A stretch of DNA of 64,000 nucleotides from Balanoglossus misakiensis (GCA_040954595.2 CM082577.2:13089903-13153902), one strand, 5' to 3'; counted from the stretch's first letter, positions 55,501-60,799 are shown. Made by a program: numbers and translations. The notes: generated by a model from the letters alone, not told the origin.

Positions 55501-58500
55501 TATTTTTTGCATATCGATCATACATAGTTTTGATTTTCTGGAAAACGGTTTGCTCGAGGAGGTTGTAAATTGGTCATCAGGTAGCATGGAACATTAGGTT
55601 TAAGAAAAATAAGCTGATTCACGTCTTTGATATTAAGTTATATTAAAATTCTGTTACCATAACGACTGATAGAAGATTTTGCGAAATTTCCCAAAATAAG
55701 AAACTTGCTATATCTTTGCTACCAATTAAGCTTTACATAAAATTTAAAAACTCAAACATATAATGTCGGGTGCGAGCTTTTGATTGCTAAATTGAACTTT
55801 GGGGTTCAAGGTCAAGGTCATCCCCAAATTTCGGGTAAAAGTGACAAAATGGGCATTATGGACTTTGTTCAAAATGACATTTTACGGCGAGTTTACTACA
55901 CTGTTTGGATCTAGAATGCTATAAGTTGGTATATTTTGATATTTTAAATTTAAAGTTCAGGGTCACCTTCAAAAGATGGGGTCAAAATTCAATATCCCAA
56001 CTCTAATTAGTGTTGCAGATCTCCCAAGAAAAAAACGAACCCTCTGACTTGGCCATACAACATTTTGTGTCATACACCATTTTAAAGTTAAGTTCTGAGA
56101 GTTTGAAAATGCTTGATGACATTTTCAATTCCCATGGCGAGCTGATGAATTCAAGATTTAGTAAAATTGGTATATTTCTTGAAATATGCGAAAGTGCATT
56201 TGCAATTGCTATAAAGGGACATACATTATCAGCATGTTTTTACTGTAAAAAGACTATATTCAACTTATATTGTGGCCATTCTATGTTATTTCAGTTTAAA
56301 TATGTACAAAGTTTTATCATATTTAGCACATTCTTATCAAGATGATTTCTGTTGATATGACAAGTTGACGTAAGGAGTCATCTTGCCCCTCTATCAGACT
56401 CTGCAATTGCGTGTAGAACTAAGAACAATCCGCATATCTGCTTCTTCACTGTATCTTTTGCGACAACAAAAGTGGTGAAGTTTGGTCCTCCACTTACAAT
56501 GAATTTCTGACCAATGTTGAGATCTACCTTTTTCATTATGTGTAGCATTTTGCAAAATTTGCTTTGTTTTCCTGATTAGTGGTAAGCAAGAATGCGTCCA
56601 TTTTGTCGGAGCAATTAGATCAAGTATGATATGACGTGGTGGAGCAACACTCACATCACGTGTTTGGCCTTTGATCCTTTGATCCCTTTCGCATCATAAT
56701 TATCAATGATCATGTGTATTTGCGAATTATCAACAGGACCTAAAATTCGGCCTCTATTCTACATTATGTATTCCATAAATCATATTGCTATATCGATAAA
56801 AGTGATTCTGTCTACAAGATTAGGACCAGACAGAGACTGAATGGTCATCATAAACTATGGCATCGGCAGCCTCAATGCTAGTCTATCTGTCTCCTGGAAA
56901 TGAATTTTAAGTCCATCATCTGAAAACAAACAGAGAGGAACATTGGAATTTTCAATGACTCCGATGAGTGGCATCTTCTAACTTGTATTAACAGCAGGTA
57001 ATCAAAGATAAACCGTCTTCTTCATTTTTGTCATATTTTTACATTGCTGCAAGTCATACTATGATAGAAGCACTTACACGGTTTGTCAGGTTCTTCTTGT
57101 ATAATTAGTTGCTCAGAAAAAAAAACCCAGTCATTTCTTTTGATATAGTAATGTTGATTGTTGCTTAAATGAGGGTCGGAAAGATCAAATGGGTCGACAA
57201 ATGCTCCACCTTGTAATTCTTAAAGCTTTGCCACATCAGTATTCCATCTCTTAATGACTGCTTTTCCATATCGGATCTTATTTTGTTTACCAATACTGCA
57301 TATTTATTTGTGAAATGTATCAGAGAACTTTGCAGTAATCGGTCCACCCAAAACCACTTTTCAAGTGCTAAACCTCTCATCTTTAATCCTATGACACCAC
57401 CAGCACCCTTTAGTGAATCGTCAGATAAGTTTGCCATGAAATCCCCTTCATTTAATGACTCTTGTACACTTTCTGGTATTCTATGCATCACCAGAATAAG
57501 TACTGACATGTATCTTGCATAGTCCGTTTCGATTGGCACAAAACAACAGAGGTAATAATAGCTGATTCTTAGCAGTTTGGAAAATATCTCAATCACCATT
57601 TCTTAATGCACTTACATTTCTACCGGTGGGTAGAGTTTTAATGGCAGCAATACTCTACACAAAGTCATACCAAAAGTTAAAAGTTACTCCTCTCTTGTCT
57701 AAACTCAGCCATAAGCGGGAAATGATGTTCAAGGATGTGTTTCACAAAATTGTGAACTATTTCCAAATATTCATTAGCAGGCTGGGAAGTCAAAAGATCA
57801 CAATCCATCTCAGGCATTGACTGTGTTCCCTACCTTTACACCATGATAAAAAGTTGCAGACCCTAGCGCTGGACGTTTCATCAGCAAGATGGAGGCCATG
57901 CAATGACAAACAACCGGAAAACATTTTCACATGAGCAAGCGTTTTTGTTTAAAACGTAGCATTCATTTTGTATGATTATGAATGATTGTGATTTAAAAAC
58001 ATTGCTTTTGAGTATATAATGTGTCTTAAGTGCTTTACGCACAATTTCCAAAAAATCTCTGTGCCTAAAACACAGATATTCGATCGGGTTGTCTGGACTA
58101 TTGCCGCAGTGGCATCATGGGATAACGCATAAATCAGCATGACTCGCACTCCCACGCTCGCGTTTTTTATATATAATAATATCCAGAAGTAAAAGTGGCA
58201 TCTTATTTAAATATTAATATCAAAATATACAAAATTATAGCATTCTAGATCCCAACAGTGTAGTAAGCGCACGCCGTAAAATGTCATTTTGAACAAAGTC
58301 CATAATGCCCATTTTGTCACTTTGACCCGAAATTTGGGGATGACCTTGACCTTGAACCCCAAAGTTCAATTTAGCAATCAAAAGCTCGCACCCGACATTA
58401 TATGTTTGAGTTCTTAAATTTTATGTAAAGCTTAATTGGTAGCAAAGATATAGCAAGTTTCTTATTTTGGGAAATTTCGCAAAATCTTCTATCCGTCGTT

Positions 58501-60799
58501 ATGGTAACAGAATTTTAAAATAACTTAATATCAAAGACGTGAATCAGCTTATTTTTCTTAAACCTAATGTTCCATGCTACCTGATGACCAATTTACAACC
58601 TCCTAGAGCAAACCCGTTTTCCAGAAAATCAAAACTATGTATGATCGATATGCAAAAAATAGCGAAATTTTCACTTTGACCCCAAGTTTTGAAGATGAAC
58701 TTGACCTCTGACCTTGTCGGTCGTGTAATCATTGGATAGCCTGTACCCTACTTTATAAGACCAAATGTTTAAATTTTTTCTCTAGCTTTCTCAGAACCTG
58801 AAATATCTCATTTTAACTGTATGAGTACTCTTGCTATTCCTACCATTCATTTTGTTGTCATTAAAACAGCAGGTTTTGCATATTAAGTATATGTAAACAG
58901 CAAAACAAATTAAAATCTTTGTAAACAATACACATGTCTATCTGGAGATCAAATTATAGCATTCTAGACCCAAACAGTGTTTAGTAAACGCTCGCCGTAA
59001 AATGTCATTTTGAACAAAAATCCATAATGTCCATTTTGTCACTTTGACCTGAAATTTGAGGATGACCTTGACCTTGAACCCCAGAGTTCAAGTTAGCAAT
59101 GAAAAGCTCGCACCCGACATTATAAGTTTGAGTGTTTAAATTTTATCTAAATCTTAATTGGTAGCAAAGATATAGCAGGATGCTTATTTTTGTGATTTTC
59201 GCAAAATCTGCTATCCGTCGTTATGGTAACAGAATTTTAATATAACTTAATATCAAAGACGTGAATCAGCTTATTTTTCTTAAACCTAATGTTCCATGCT
59301 ACCTGATGACCAATTTACAGCCTCCTCGAGCAAACCGTTTTCCAGTAAATCGAAACTATGTATGATCGATATGCAAAAAATAGCGCAGTTTTTACTTTGA
59401 CCCCGCGTTTTGAAGATGAACTTGACCTCTGACCTTGTCGGTCATGTAATCATTGGATAGCCCGTACCCTACTTTATAAGACCCAATGTTTAAATTTTTT
59501 CTCTAGCTTTCTCAGATCCTGAAATATATCATTTTTTAAACTGTATGAGTACCCCTAAAATTATGCTATCGTTACCATGACAACCGCTCCTCACGGCCAC
59601 ACCCACCATTAATATGAGTGCAAACAACCTGATTCTGACAGCTGGATAAATAGGCTTTCCAAAAATATATGTCTGCAAAACTCCCCAGGGGGGGAGGGTT
59701 TCGGTCTCTGGCCCATGGACTATAGTGTATTTCAGGGAATACTTATAATATAACATTCCATGTTTTGATTCTTCAAATAATCATATTGATAAGACATATG
59801 CTAAAACATGAGGCAATTAAATATTGGAGAGCATTGAACAGATATGTATGGCCTGATTTCAAAGTTTGGATACAAAAGTTATAGTGAACCTACATTATCT
59901 AAGACATTGACTTTTGCTTTAAGTGAGAGGCATAGTTCTGCATATTTTGGGTCCTCTTTTTGTGCCATAAGATGGAGAACTGTTAAACCGGTAGGTAATT
60001 CCTAGAGAAGAAAAAACACTTTCAGAGTGAAAAATAGTCCACCCAAATATCATTAAACAAGAGTACAATATATGCATAAGTAATACTCGAGAAAACAAAT
60101 ATTCAAAGAAACCAAGAAAATACAGTGAGATATTGGATCATAGCTTTTTGCCTAATTATTATCCCCGCACCCATAACATATACTTTATTCAGCCCAAAAG
60201 GGTAGTGCACAGTCTTACTGTCACTGCAGGATGACACAAGCAAAAGATACAGGGTATTTGGCTAAAGAGAGCTTAGAACAGAATAGCCATTACAAGAAAG
60301 AGGTTAGTTCAAAAGCAAGTATTTTAATACAAAGATGCATTGTACTAATAAAAATATCACAAGTGAAACCTAAGGAAACACAAAAAGCAACCAAGGCAAC
60401 ACAATGACATGTGTCACAGCTTTTTGCATAATCATTATCCCCACAATTACACATACCTTATCCAAATGCAGAACAACTCCATTTATATCCTGTCCAGCCT
60501 TGACGAGAGTTTCTGCCACAGTATCTTCATAGTTTTCAATGGCCCAGTGTAACATCGTTGTCTGTTGGTTGAAAACACATGTTGTCACATTTCAAACACA
60601 CGACCCCTGTTCAGTCAAATCATGTTATTTAAACCATACCATGGAAAACTACTAAGAAGAAGAATTATGGTGGTGGGAAGATTGTAACAATTTTTACCAT
60701 ATTTTCACGATGTAGCTGTTCCGTTTCATAGTCAAGTAAGATCTTGGCTACCTCAACATGACGCCCTGCTGCTGCATAATATAAGGCAGTAAATCCTTC
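1366..60799 (-). CDS. Giant multi-exon ankyrin-repeat protein gene (partial): 91 one-repeat exons, 10-exon super-repeat, about 3160 aa in window
   Basis: Manual splice reconstruction. 91 AG..GT-bounded phase-0 exons join in frame with no stops and carry TxLH/TxLYxA..LL..GA ankyrin motifs in the fixed order G-H-I-J-A-B-C-D-E-F. No start or stop seen. Confidence 0.9.
1731..1829 (-). CDS. ANK exon class C SGMTSLQILSKERNLKGVEILVENGADINTFSV
   Basis: cag/gtaag, 99 nt. Confidence 0.9.
2352..2459 (-). CDS. ANK exon class B NGHDNIAQLHWAAKNHHQLIVSALKDGGINIDQYVE
   Basis: tag/gtatg, 108 nt. Confidence 0.88.
2934..3029 (-). CDS. ANK exon class A NGRTALFCAAERRYSDIIRLLLRAQCKIDPNS
   Basis: cag/gtgag, 96 nt. 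Confidence 0.9.
3569..3667 (-). CDS. ANK exon class J LGYTALHRAVLSRSESIIDVLLNKNIDKNAIDK
   Basis: cag/gtaag, 99 nt. Confidence 0.9.
4165..4263 (-). CDS. ANK exon class I DGLTALHVAAYNDKKNAVEILIECGANINKQDK
   Basis: aag/gtaat, 99 nt. Confidence 0.9.
4379..4519 (-). CDS. ANK exon class H SHQEDTSSKTKWSASQQPVYLAAAMYESKDFVNTLQQSGRDIDEEFE
   Basis: tag/gtaat, 141 nt; an alternative in-frame cag acceptor would end the exon at 4510. Confidence 0.8.
4743..4841 (-). CDS. ANK exon class G EKRTPLYYAVRNRQVDNTRVLLESDANFLPLSD
   Basis: cag/gtaag, 99 nt. Confidence 0.9.
5993..6097 (-). CDS. ANK exon class F LDDRSTILHHEVRSSEKEVVQLCVELKADVHKQDG
   Basis: cag/gtaag, 105 nt. Confidence 0.82.
7135..7221 (-). CDS. 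ANK exon class E MTRLHWAVNNCYRDVSWTLVHAGLAINEE
   Basis: cag/gtaaa, 87 nt. Confidence 0.85.
8303..8401 (-). CDS. ANK exon class D KGLSPLFYAARNEHVTIARRLLDNTHRLHEDST
   Basis: cag/gtatg, 99 nt. Confidence 0.9.
8710..8808 (-). CDS. ANK exon class C DGKTPLHLACEMGDKNAVEILLSNGASENVYCK
   Basis: aag/gtatg, 99 nt. Confidence 0.9.
8886..9077. mobile_element. MITE with TTAA-type target (Kolobok-like)
   Basis: TIRs aggtaaacagtcacct / aggtgaccgtatacct; flanks ttaa and ttta. Confidence 0.65.
9113..9220 (-). CDS. ANK exon class B KNASNVSQVDWAARNDKATMVKALADSGVDMNKEVQ
   Basis: cag/gttgg, 108 nt. Confidence 0.87.
9508..9615 (-). CDS. ANK exon class A EIQTPLYMALNKYQEKGQKEIVKILLEAKSPIHPDT
   Basis: cag/gttag, 108 nt. 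Confidence 0.87.
10728..10826 (-). CDS. ANK exon class J DGRTAMHHAVLGANFEASETLMQSGARSDIPDV
   Basis: cag/gtatg, 99 nt. Confidence 0.9.
11485..11583 (-). CDS. ANK exon class I EGETALHLASKENEKEAISLLLKHGALIDIKDK
   Basis: aag/gtaag, 99 nt. Confidence 0.9.
11741..11851 (-). CDS. ANK exon class H PEKLEEMTVYCAATKYTKTPYLKVLCNAGYRVDATNT
   Basis: tag/gtaag, 111 nt. Confidence 0.82.
12071..12169 (-). CDS. ANK exon class G DGKSAFYYAVHHEQTDNVKTLKRAGAGFESSLQ
   Basis: aag/gtatg, 99 nt. Confidence 0.88.
13094..13201 (-). CDS. ANK exon class F EYPKKTTVLHLVARENNIDAVNLCLQMNADCHMLDA
   Basis: cag/gtaag, 108 nt. Confidence 0.88.
13527..13634 (-). CDS. ANK exon class E TTALHWAVSNTMESVAKTLLRVEGISINDKVTGLAK
   Basis: cag/gtaag, 108 nt. 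Confidence 0.88.
13839..16502 (-). mobile_element. Tandem dimer of a Helentron-associated (HINE-like) non-autonomous element with internal ~240-bp subrepeats
   Basis: Copies start atatagctgcaagcagcgatgacgggcacaagc at 13841 and 15281. Small hairpin gctgcaagcagc, sub-terminal gggcacaagc, and hairpin tagggcacaagcc-tgctt-ggcttgtgcccta twice (16411-16441, 16470-16500). Confidence 0.7.
16610..16711 (-). CDS. ANK exon class D DNYTPVFYAAQNEHVDVTSLLITSGARYLHSDNK
   Basis: cag/gtact, 102 nt. Confidence 0.88.
16872..16970 (-). CDS. ANK exon class C DNFTLLHHFASNGNVACVKILLDNGATIDTYCK
   Basis: aag/gtgag, 99 nt. Confidence 0.9.
17152..17992. mobile_element. Non-autonomous element with inner inverted repeats and terminal hairpin (family shared with 23040-23308)
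   Basis: tcaataccagtgaattt ... aaattcactggcattga inverted pair; hairpin cccataa..gcacacattgt / acaatgtgtgc..ttatggg; homologous shorter copy at 23 kb. Confidence 0.6.
18162..18269 (-). CDS. ANK exon class B AYTSNLTQLKWVVENEKNPMVQTLQRAGVDIDSHDE
   Basis: aag/gtaag, 108 nt. Confidence 0.85.
18579..18695 (-). CDS. ANK exon class A NAKTPLYVATENDDVDCVKALLEKNCRIHANVTRNIYGK
   Basis: cag/gtaag, 117 nt. Confidence 0.85.
19196..19297 (-). CDS. ANK exon class J KQQTALHHAVNGSKPKVINALLSCDSTDKDATEK
   Basis: cag/gtaaa, 102 nt. Confidence 0.87.
20056..20154 (-). CDS. ANK exon class I NDLTVLQEAAKEGYDKAVTVLIKAGVEVNKTDQ
   Basis: tag/gtgtg, 99 nt. Confidence 0.88.
20676..20807 (-). CDS. ANK exon class H NESRISQTFTYSHRPIFIAAAMYEDLSFVKVLHDVGIDLNTADD
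   Basis: cag/gtaag, 132 nt. Confidence 0.85.
20834..21524. mobile_element. MITE (non-autonomous DNA transposon)
   Basis: Imperfect TIRs ggaagctgtcattatttacggctgggg / ccccaggccataaataattgcagctcc with G- and C-runs inside. Confidence 0.6.
21624..22133. mobile_element. Tc1/mariner-pogo-like MITE with CCGG ends
   Basis: TIRs ccgggttttactgatagttcgccc / gggcgaactatcagtaaaaaccgg; left flank TA, right flank CA. Confidence 0.75.
22151..22249 (-). CDS. ANK exon class G GKKTPLYYAVKCKNKETVKVLLSGRANFVQEIQ
   Basis: cag/gtagg, 99 nt. Confidence 0.9.
23040..23308. mobile_element. Internally deleted copy of the 17.1-18.0 kb element, with ~150-bp terminal hairpin
   Basis: Homology to 17152-17170 and 17795-17992; arms agaataatgtatgcccc..gcacacattg and caatgtgtgc..ggggcata..cattattct. 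Confidence 0.6.
23330..23437 (-). CDS. ANK exon class F EMVEGSKTIHLMARKEEPKFVQLCLELEADVNPMDN
   Basis: tag/gtaag, 108 nt. Confidence 0.88.
23568..23690. repeat. (ATT)n microsatellite enclosing a short end fragment of the 61-64 kb repeat family
   Basis: att repeats around taccagtttaggggggtttaaagaattatataa. Confidence 0.8.
24109..24213 (-). CDS. ANK exon class E TTKLHWAIDSYERKVAETLVKAGLDINEDVQGLDE
   Basis: cag/gtttg, 105 nt. Confidence 0.88.
24963..25000. repeat. 38-bp perfect palindrome centred on TGACGTCA
   Basis: catatacctatagtgtgac|gtcacactataggtatatg. Confidence 0.9.
25186..25287 (-). CDS. ANK exon class D GGRTALYFASAGTHVELTKELLKHEGIKLHDKCK
   Basis: tag/gtact, 102 nt. Confidence 0.88.
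25706..25804 (-). CDS. ANK exon class C DGLSPLHHFSERGDMKAVTVLLQKNADINVYSK
   Basis: cag/gtaag, 99 nt. Confidence 0.9.
26586..26693 (-). CDS. ANK exon class B RDSNNISQLLWVAEHYKEEMVEDLVKAGVNIDELLK
   Basis: tag/gtaaa, 108 nt. Confidence 0.88.
27017..27058 (-). pseudogene. Truncated class-B exon relic HGTSNIEQLLCTQ* at the edge of the young duplication
   Basis: Matches the acceptor and first ~9 codons of exon 31394-31501, then diverges to a stop with no donor. Confidence 0.75.
27783..28070. mobile_element. Kolobok-like MITE with TTAA target-site duplication
   Basis: TIRs agcaggtcgctcgtctcac / gtgagacgagctacgcgct; TTAA at 27779-82 and 28071-74; paralogous units show the empty site ctattaaaatttagcttac. 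Confidence 0.85.
28087..28182 (-). CDS. ANK exon class A DGETALYSALKLRDIESAKHLLNANARLHKDA
   Basis: tag/gtaag, 96 nt. Confidence 0.9.
28340..28438 (-). CDS. ANK exon class J VGDTALHYAVKNGHHQVVKVLINKDVNLNLDNE
   Basis: aag/gtaag, 99 nt. Confidence 0.9.
28567..28665 (-). CDS. ANK exon class I AGMTVLHEAAANNFPKAVNVLIDAGADKDKTDK
   Basis: cag/gtata, 99 nt. Confidence 0.9.
29254..29373 (-). CDS. ANK exon class H DARFPLESRPLYVAAAKYESMDFVNVLKDMGDGIDGTTDD
   Basis: tag/gtaag, 120 nt. Confidence 0.88.
29778..29876 (-). CDS. ANK exon class G NDFTPLYYAVQEKNTDTVRILLDAKANFVDENR
   Basis: cag/gtagg, 99 nt. Confidence 0.9.
30045..30152 (-). CDS. ANK exon class F GSADGVTVLHLMAHNQDPKYTEICLKLKAKVNVLDK
   Basis: tag/gtaag, 108 nt. 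Confidence 0.9.
30394..30498 (-). CDS. ANK exon class E TTMLHWAVESYKYTVAETLIKAGQDINEVVQGLDK
   Basis: cag/gtatg, 105 nt. Confidence 0.9.
30656..30757 (-). CDS. ANK exon class D DGFTALYYAAAQSHVEVAKILIKSKTKQLHCENT
   Basis: cag/gtaaa, 102 nt. Confidence 0.9.
31021..31119 (-). CDS. ANK exon class C DGLSALQHYAKGGDEKAVTILLGRLANVNEHSE
   Basis: cag/gtaaa, 99 nt. Confidence 0.9.
31394..31501 (-). CDS. ANK exon class B RGTSNIEQLFWAIKTYAEEMVEDLLKAGVKIDEHAQ
   Basis: tag/gtaaa, 108 nt. Confidence 0.9.
32234..32329 (-). CDS. ANK exon class A (young copy)
   Basis: tag/gtaag, 96 nt. Confidence 0.9.
32487..32585 (-). CDS. ANK exon class J (young copy, VGNTALH)
   Basis: aag/gtaag, 99 nt. Confidence 0.9.
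32714..32812 (-). CDS. ANK exon class I (young copy, TGMTVVHEAAANNFPQ)
   Basis: cag/gtata, 99 nt. Confidence 0.9.
33389..33508 (-). CDS. ANK exon class H (young copy, KYKSM)
   Basis: tag/gtaag, 120 nt. Confidence 0.88.
34288..34386 (-). CDS. ANK exon class G (young copy)
   Basis: cag/gtagg, 99 nt. Confidence 0.9.
34555..34662 (-). CDS. ANK exon class F (young copy, TELC)
   Basis: tag/gtaag, 108 nt. Confidence 0.9.
34904..35008 (-). CDS. ANK exon class E (young copy, VENY)
   Basis: cag/gtatg, 105 nt. Confidence 0.9.
35166..35267 (-). CDS. ANK exon class D (young copy, EVSK)
   Basis: cag/gtaaa, 102 nt. Confidence 0.9.
35531..35629 (-). CDS. ANK exon class C (young copy, GRHAN)
   Basis: cag/gtaaa, 99 nt. 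Confidence 0.9.
35904..36011 (-). CDS. ANK exon class B (young copy, LLVAG)
   Basis: tag/gtaaa, 108 nt. Confidence 0.9.
36712..36807 (-). CDS. ANK exon class A (young copy)
   Basis: tag/gtaag, 96 nt. Confidence 0.9.
36965..37063 (-). CDS. ANK exon class J (young copy, VGNTALH)
   Basis: aag/gtaag, 99 nt. Confidence 0.9.
37192..37290 (-). CDS. ANK exon class I (young copy, TVLHE..FPQ)
   Basis: cag/gtata, 99 nt. Confidence 0.9.
37868..37987 (-). CDS. ANK exon class H (young copy)
   Basis: tag/gtaag, 120 nt. Confidence 0.88.
38767..38865 (-). CDS. ANK exon class G (young copy)
   Basis: cag/gtagg, 99 nt. Confidence 0.9.
39034..39141 (-). CDS. ANK exon class F (young copy, VTILH)
   Basis: tag/gtaag, 108 nt. 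Confidence 0.9.
39383..39487 (-). CDS. ANK exon class E (young copy)
   Basis: cag/gtatg, 105 nt. Confidence 0.9.
39645..39746 (-). CDS. ANK exon class D (young copy, EVSK)
   Basis: cag/gtaaa, 102 nt. Confidence 0.9.
40010..40108 (-). CDS. ANK exon class C (young copy, KDGD..EYSK)
   Basis: cag/gtaaa, 99 nt. Confidence 0.9.
40383..40490 (-). CDS. ANK exon class B (young copy, LLEAG)
   Basis: tag/gtaaa, 108 nt. Confidence 0.9.
41223..41318 (-). CDS. ANK exon class A (young copy)
   Basis: tag/gtaag, 96 nt. Confidence 0.9.
41476..41574 (-). CDS. ANK exon class J (young copy, LNIDNE)
   Basis: aag/gtaag, 99 nt. Confidence 0.9.
41703..41801 (-). CDS. ANK exon class I (young copy, TVLHE..FPK)
   Basis: cag/gtata, 99 nt. 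Confidence 0.9.
42377..42496 (-). CDS. ANK exon class H (young copy, ESIDF)
   Basis: tag/gtaag, 120 nt. Confidence 0.88.
43277..43375 (-). CDS. ANK exon class G (young copy, AVEEK)
   Basis: cag/gtagg, 99 nt. Confidence 0.9.
43464..43886. mobile_element. Degenerate MITE (hAT-like ends), mostly deleted in the sister units
   Basis: Ends cataggcataggaacc ... ttctacgctcctgtg are imperfectly inverted; intron is 540 nt here versus 168 nt in three sister units. Confidence 0.4.
43916..44023 (-). CDS. ANK exon class F (young copy, NVFDK)
   Basis: tag/gtaag, 108 nt. Confidence 0.9.
44265..44369 (-). CDS. ANK exon class E (young copy)
   Basis: cag/gtatg, 105 nt. Confidence 0.9.
44527..44628 (-). CDS. 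ANK exon class D GGFTALYYAAAQSHVEVAKILIKSKTKQLHCENM
   Basis: cag/gtaaa, 102 nt. Confidence 0.9.
44892..44990 (-). CDS. ANK exon class C (young copy, KDGD..EHSK)
   Basis: cag/gtaaa, 99 nt. Confidence 0.9.
45265..45372 (-). CDS. ANK exon class B (young copy, LLEAGVNID)
   Basis: tag/gtaaa, 108 nt. Confidence 0.9.
46108..46203 (-). CDS. ANK exon class A (young copy, LLDAN)
   Basis: tag/gtaag, 96 nt. Confidence 0.9.
46361..46459 (-). CDS. ANK exon class J (young copy, LNLNNE)
   Basis: aag/gtaag, 99 nt. Confidence 0.9.
46588..46686 (-). CDS. ANK exon class I (young copy, TVVHE..FPQ)
   Basis: cag/gtata, 99 nt. Confidence 0.9.
47269..47388 (-). CDS. ANK exon class H (young copy, FPFES)
   Basis: tag/gtaag, 120 nt. 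Confidence 0.88.
48892..48990 (-). CDS. ANK exon class G NGHTPLYYAVKNKNTKTVKILLAAKANFIAENT
   Basis: tag/gtagg, 99 nt. Confidence 0.9.
49410..49606. mobile_element. Tc1/mariner-type MITE with TA target duplication
   Basis: Perfect TIRs ctgtaaaacactttattttcgcgag / ctcgcgaaaataaagtgttttacag flanked by TA on both sides. Confidence 0.85.
49750..49857 (-). CDS. ANK exon class F ESASDLTVLHLMAQKEDPDYVELCLKLEAKVNVLDK
   Basis: tag/gtagg, 108 nt. Confidence 0.88.
50031..50135 (-). CDS. ANK exon class E ISMLHWAVENFERIVAETLIEAGLDINELAQGLNE
   Basis: cag/gtacg, 105 nt; an upstream in-frame cag could extend the exon to 50144 (+QQQ). Confidence 0.85.
50552..50653 (-). CDS. ANK exon class D SGVTALYYAAEQSHIHVARILVKKNTEQLHQENV
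   Basis: cag/gtaag, 102 nt. Confidence 0.9.
51852..51950 (-). CDS. ANK exon class C DGLTTLHHFSRNGDVRAVNILLTNQANVNEFSK
   Basis: tag/gtaaa, 99 nt. Confidence 0.9.
52183..52290 (-). CDS. ANK exon class B SDTSKIGQLFWATKTYQKDMVEDLVKAGVKIDTLLQ
   Basis: tag/gtagg, 108 nt. Confidence 0.88.
52463..52558 (-). CDS. ANK exon class A NGETPLYCALKLRDIESVTPLLNAHACLCKDM
   Basis: cag/gtaag, 96 nt. Confidence 0.9.
52759..52857 (-). CDS. ANK exon class J TGDTALHHAVKARHHCVVNVLITKDVNLNLENK
   Basis: aag/gtgag, 99 nt. Confidence 0.9.
53571..53669 (-). CDS. ANK exon class I DEMTVLHEAAANDFPKAVDLLIEASADKNRTDK
   Basis: tag/gtatg, 99 nt. Confidence 0.9.
53818..53937 (-). CDS. ANK exon class H DTQFSVECRPMYVAAAKYPNMDFVRDLTDMGVIDINDANE
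   Basis: tag/gtaag, 120 nt. Confidence 0.88.
54084..54179 (-). CDS. ANK exon class G ECNTPLYYAVQRKNQRTVKVLLNAKANFIGEG
   Basis: cag/gtaag, 96 nt. Confidence 0.88.
54425..59722 (-). mobile_element. Academ-superfamily DNA transposon (decayed), 5.3 kb, ~1.5-kb composite TIRs
   Basis: Ends TAGTCCATGGGCCAGAGACCGAAACCC.. / ..GGGTTTCGGTCTCTGGCCCATGGACTA; 3-bp TAG duplication (54422-24, 59723-25); TIRs about 54425-55940 and 58215-59722, each two ~725-bp subrepeats; internal transposase-like remnants. Confidence 0.8.
56394..57599 (-). pseudogene. Fragmented Academ transposase / XPG-like nuclease
   Basis: Peptides DYARYMSV..GDFMANLS..KGAGGVIGL..ALEKWF, VPLCLFSDDGL, IIDNYDAKGIK and EEADMRIVL resemble Academ motifs as I recall them; broken by stops and frameshifts. 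Confidence 0.65.
59894..60001 (-). CDS. ANK exon class F ELPTGLTVLHLMAQKEDPKYAELCLSLKAKVNVLDN
   Basis: tag/gtagg, 108 nt. Confidence 0.88.
60457..60561 (-). CDS. ANK exon class E TTMLHWAIENYEDTVAETLVKAGQDINGVVLHLDK
   Basis: cag/gtatg, 105 nt. Confidence 0.9.
60698..60799 (-). CDS. ANK exon class D EGFTALYYAAAGRHVEVAKILLDYETEQLHRENM
   Basis: cag/gtaaa, 102 nt. Confidence 0.9.

Noticed and set aside
1366-60799. Assigning a known symbol (ANK1/2/3, NOMPC/TRPA, tankyrase, ANKRD17)
   Set aside because: Repeat number, decamer period and sequences do not match what I know of those proteins, and no ZU5, TM, SAM/PARP or KH domain is in view.
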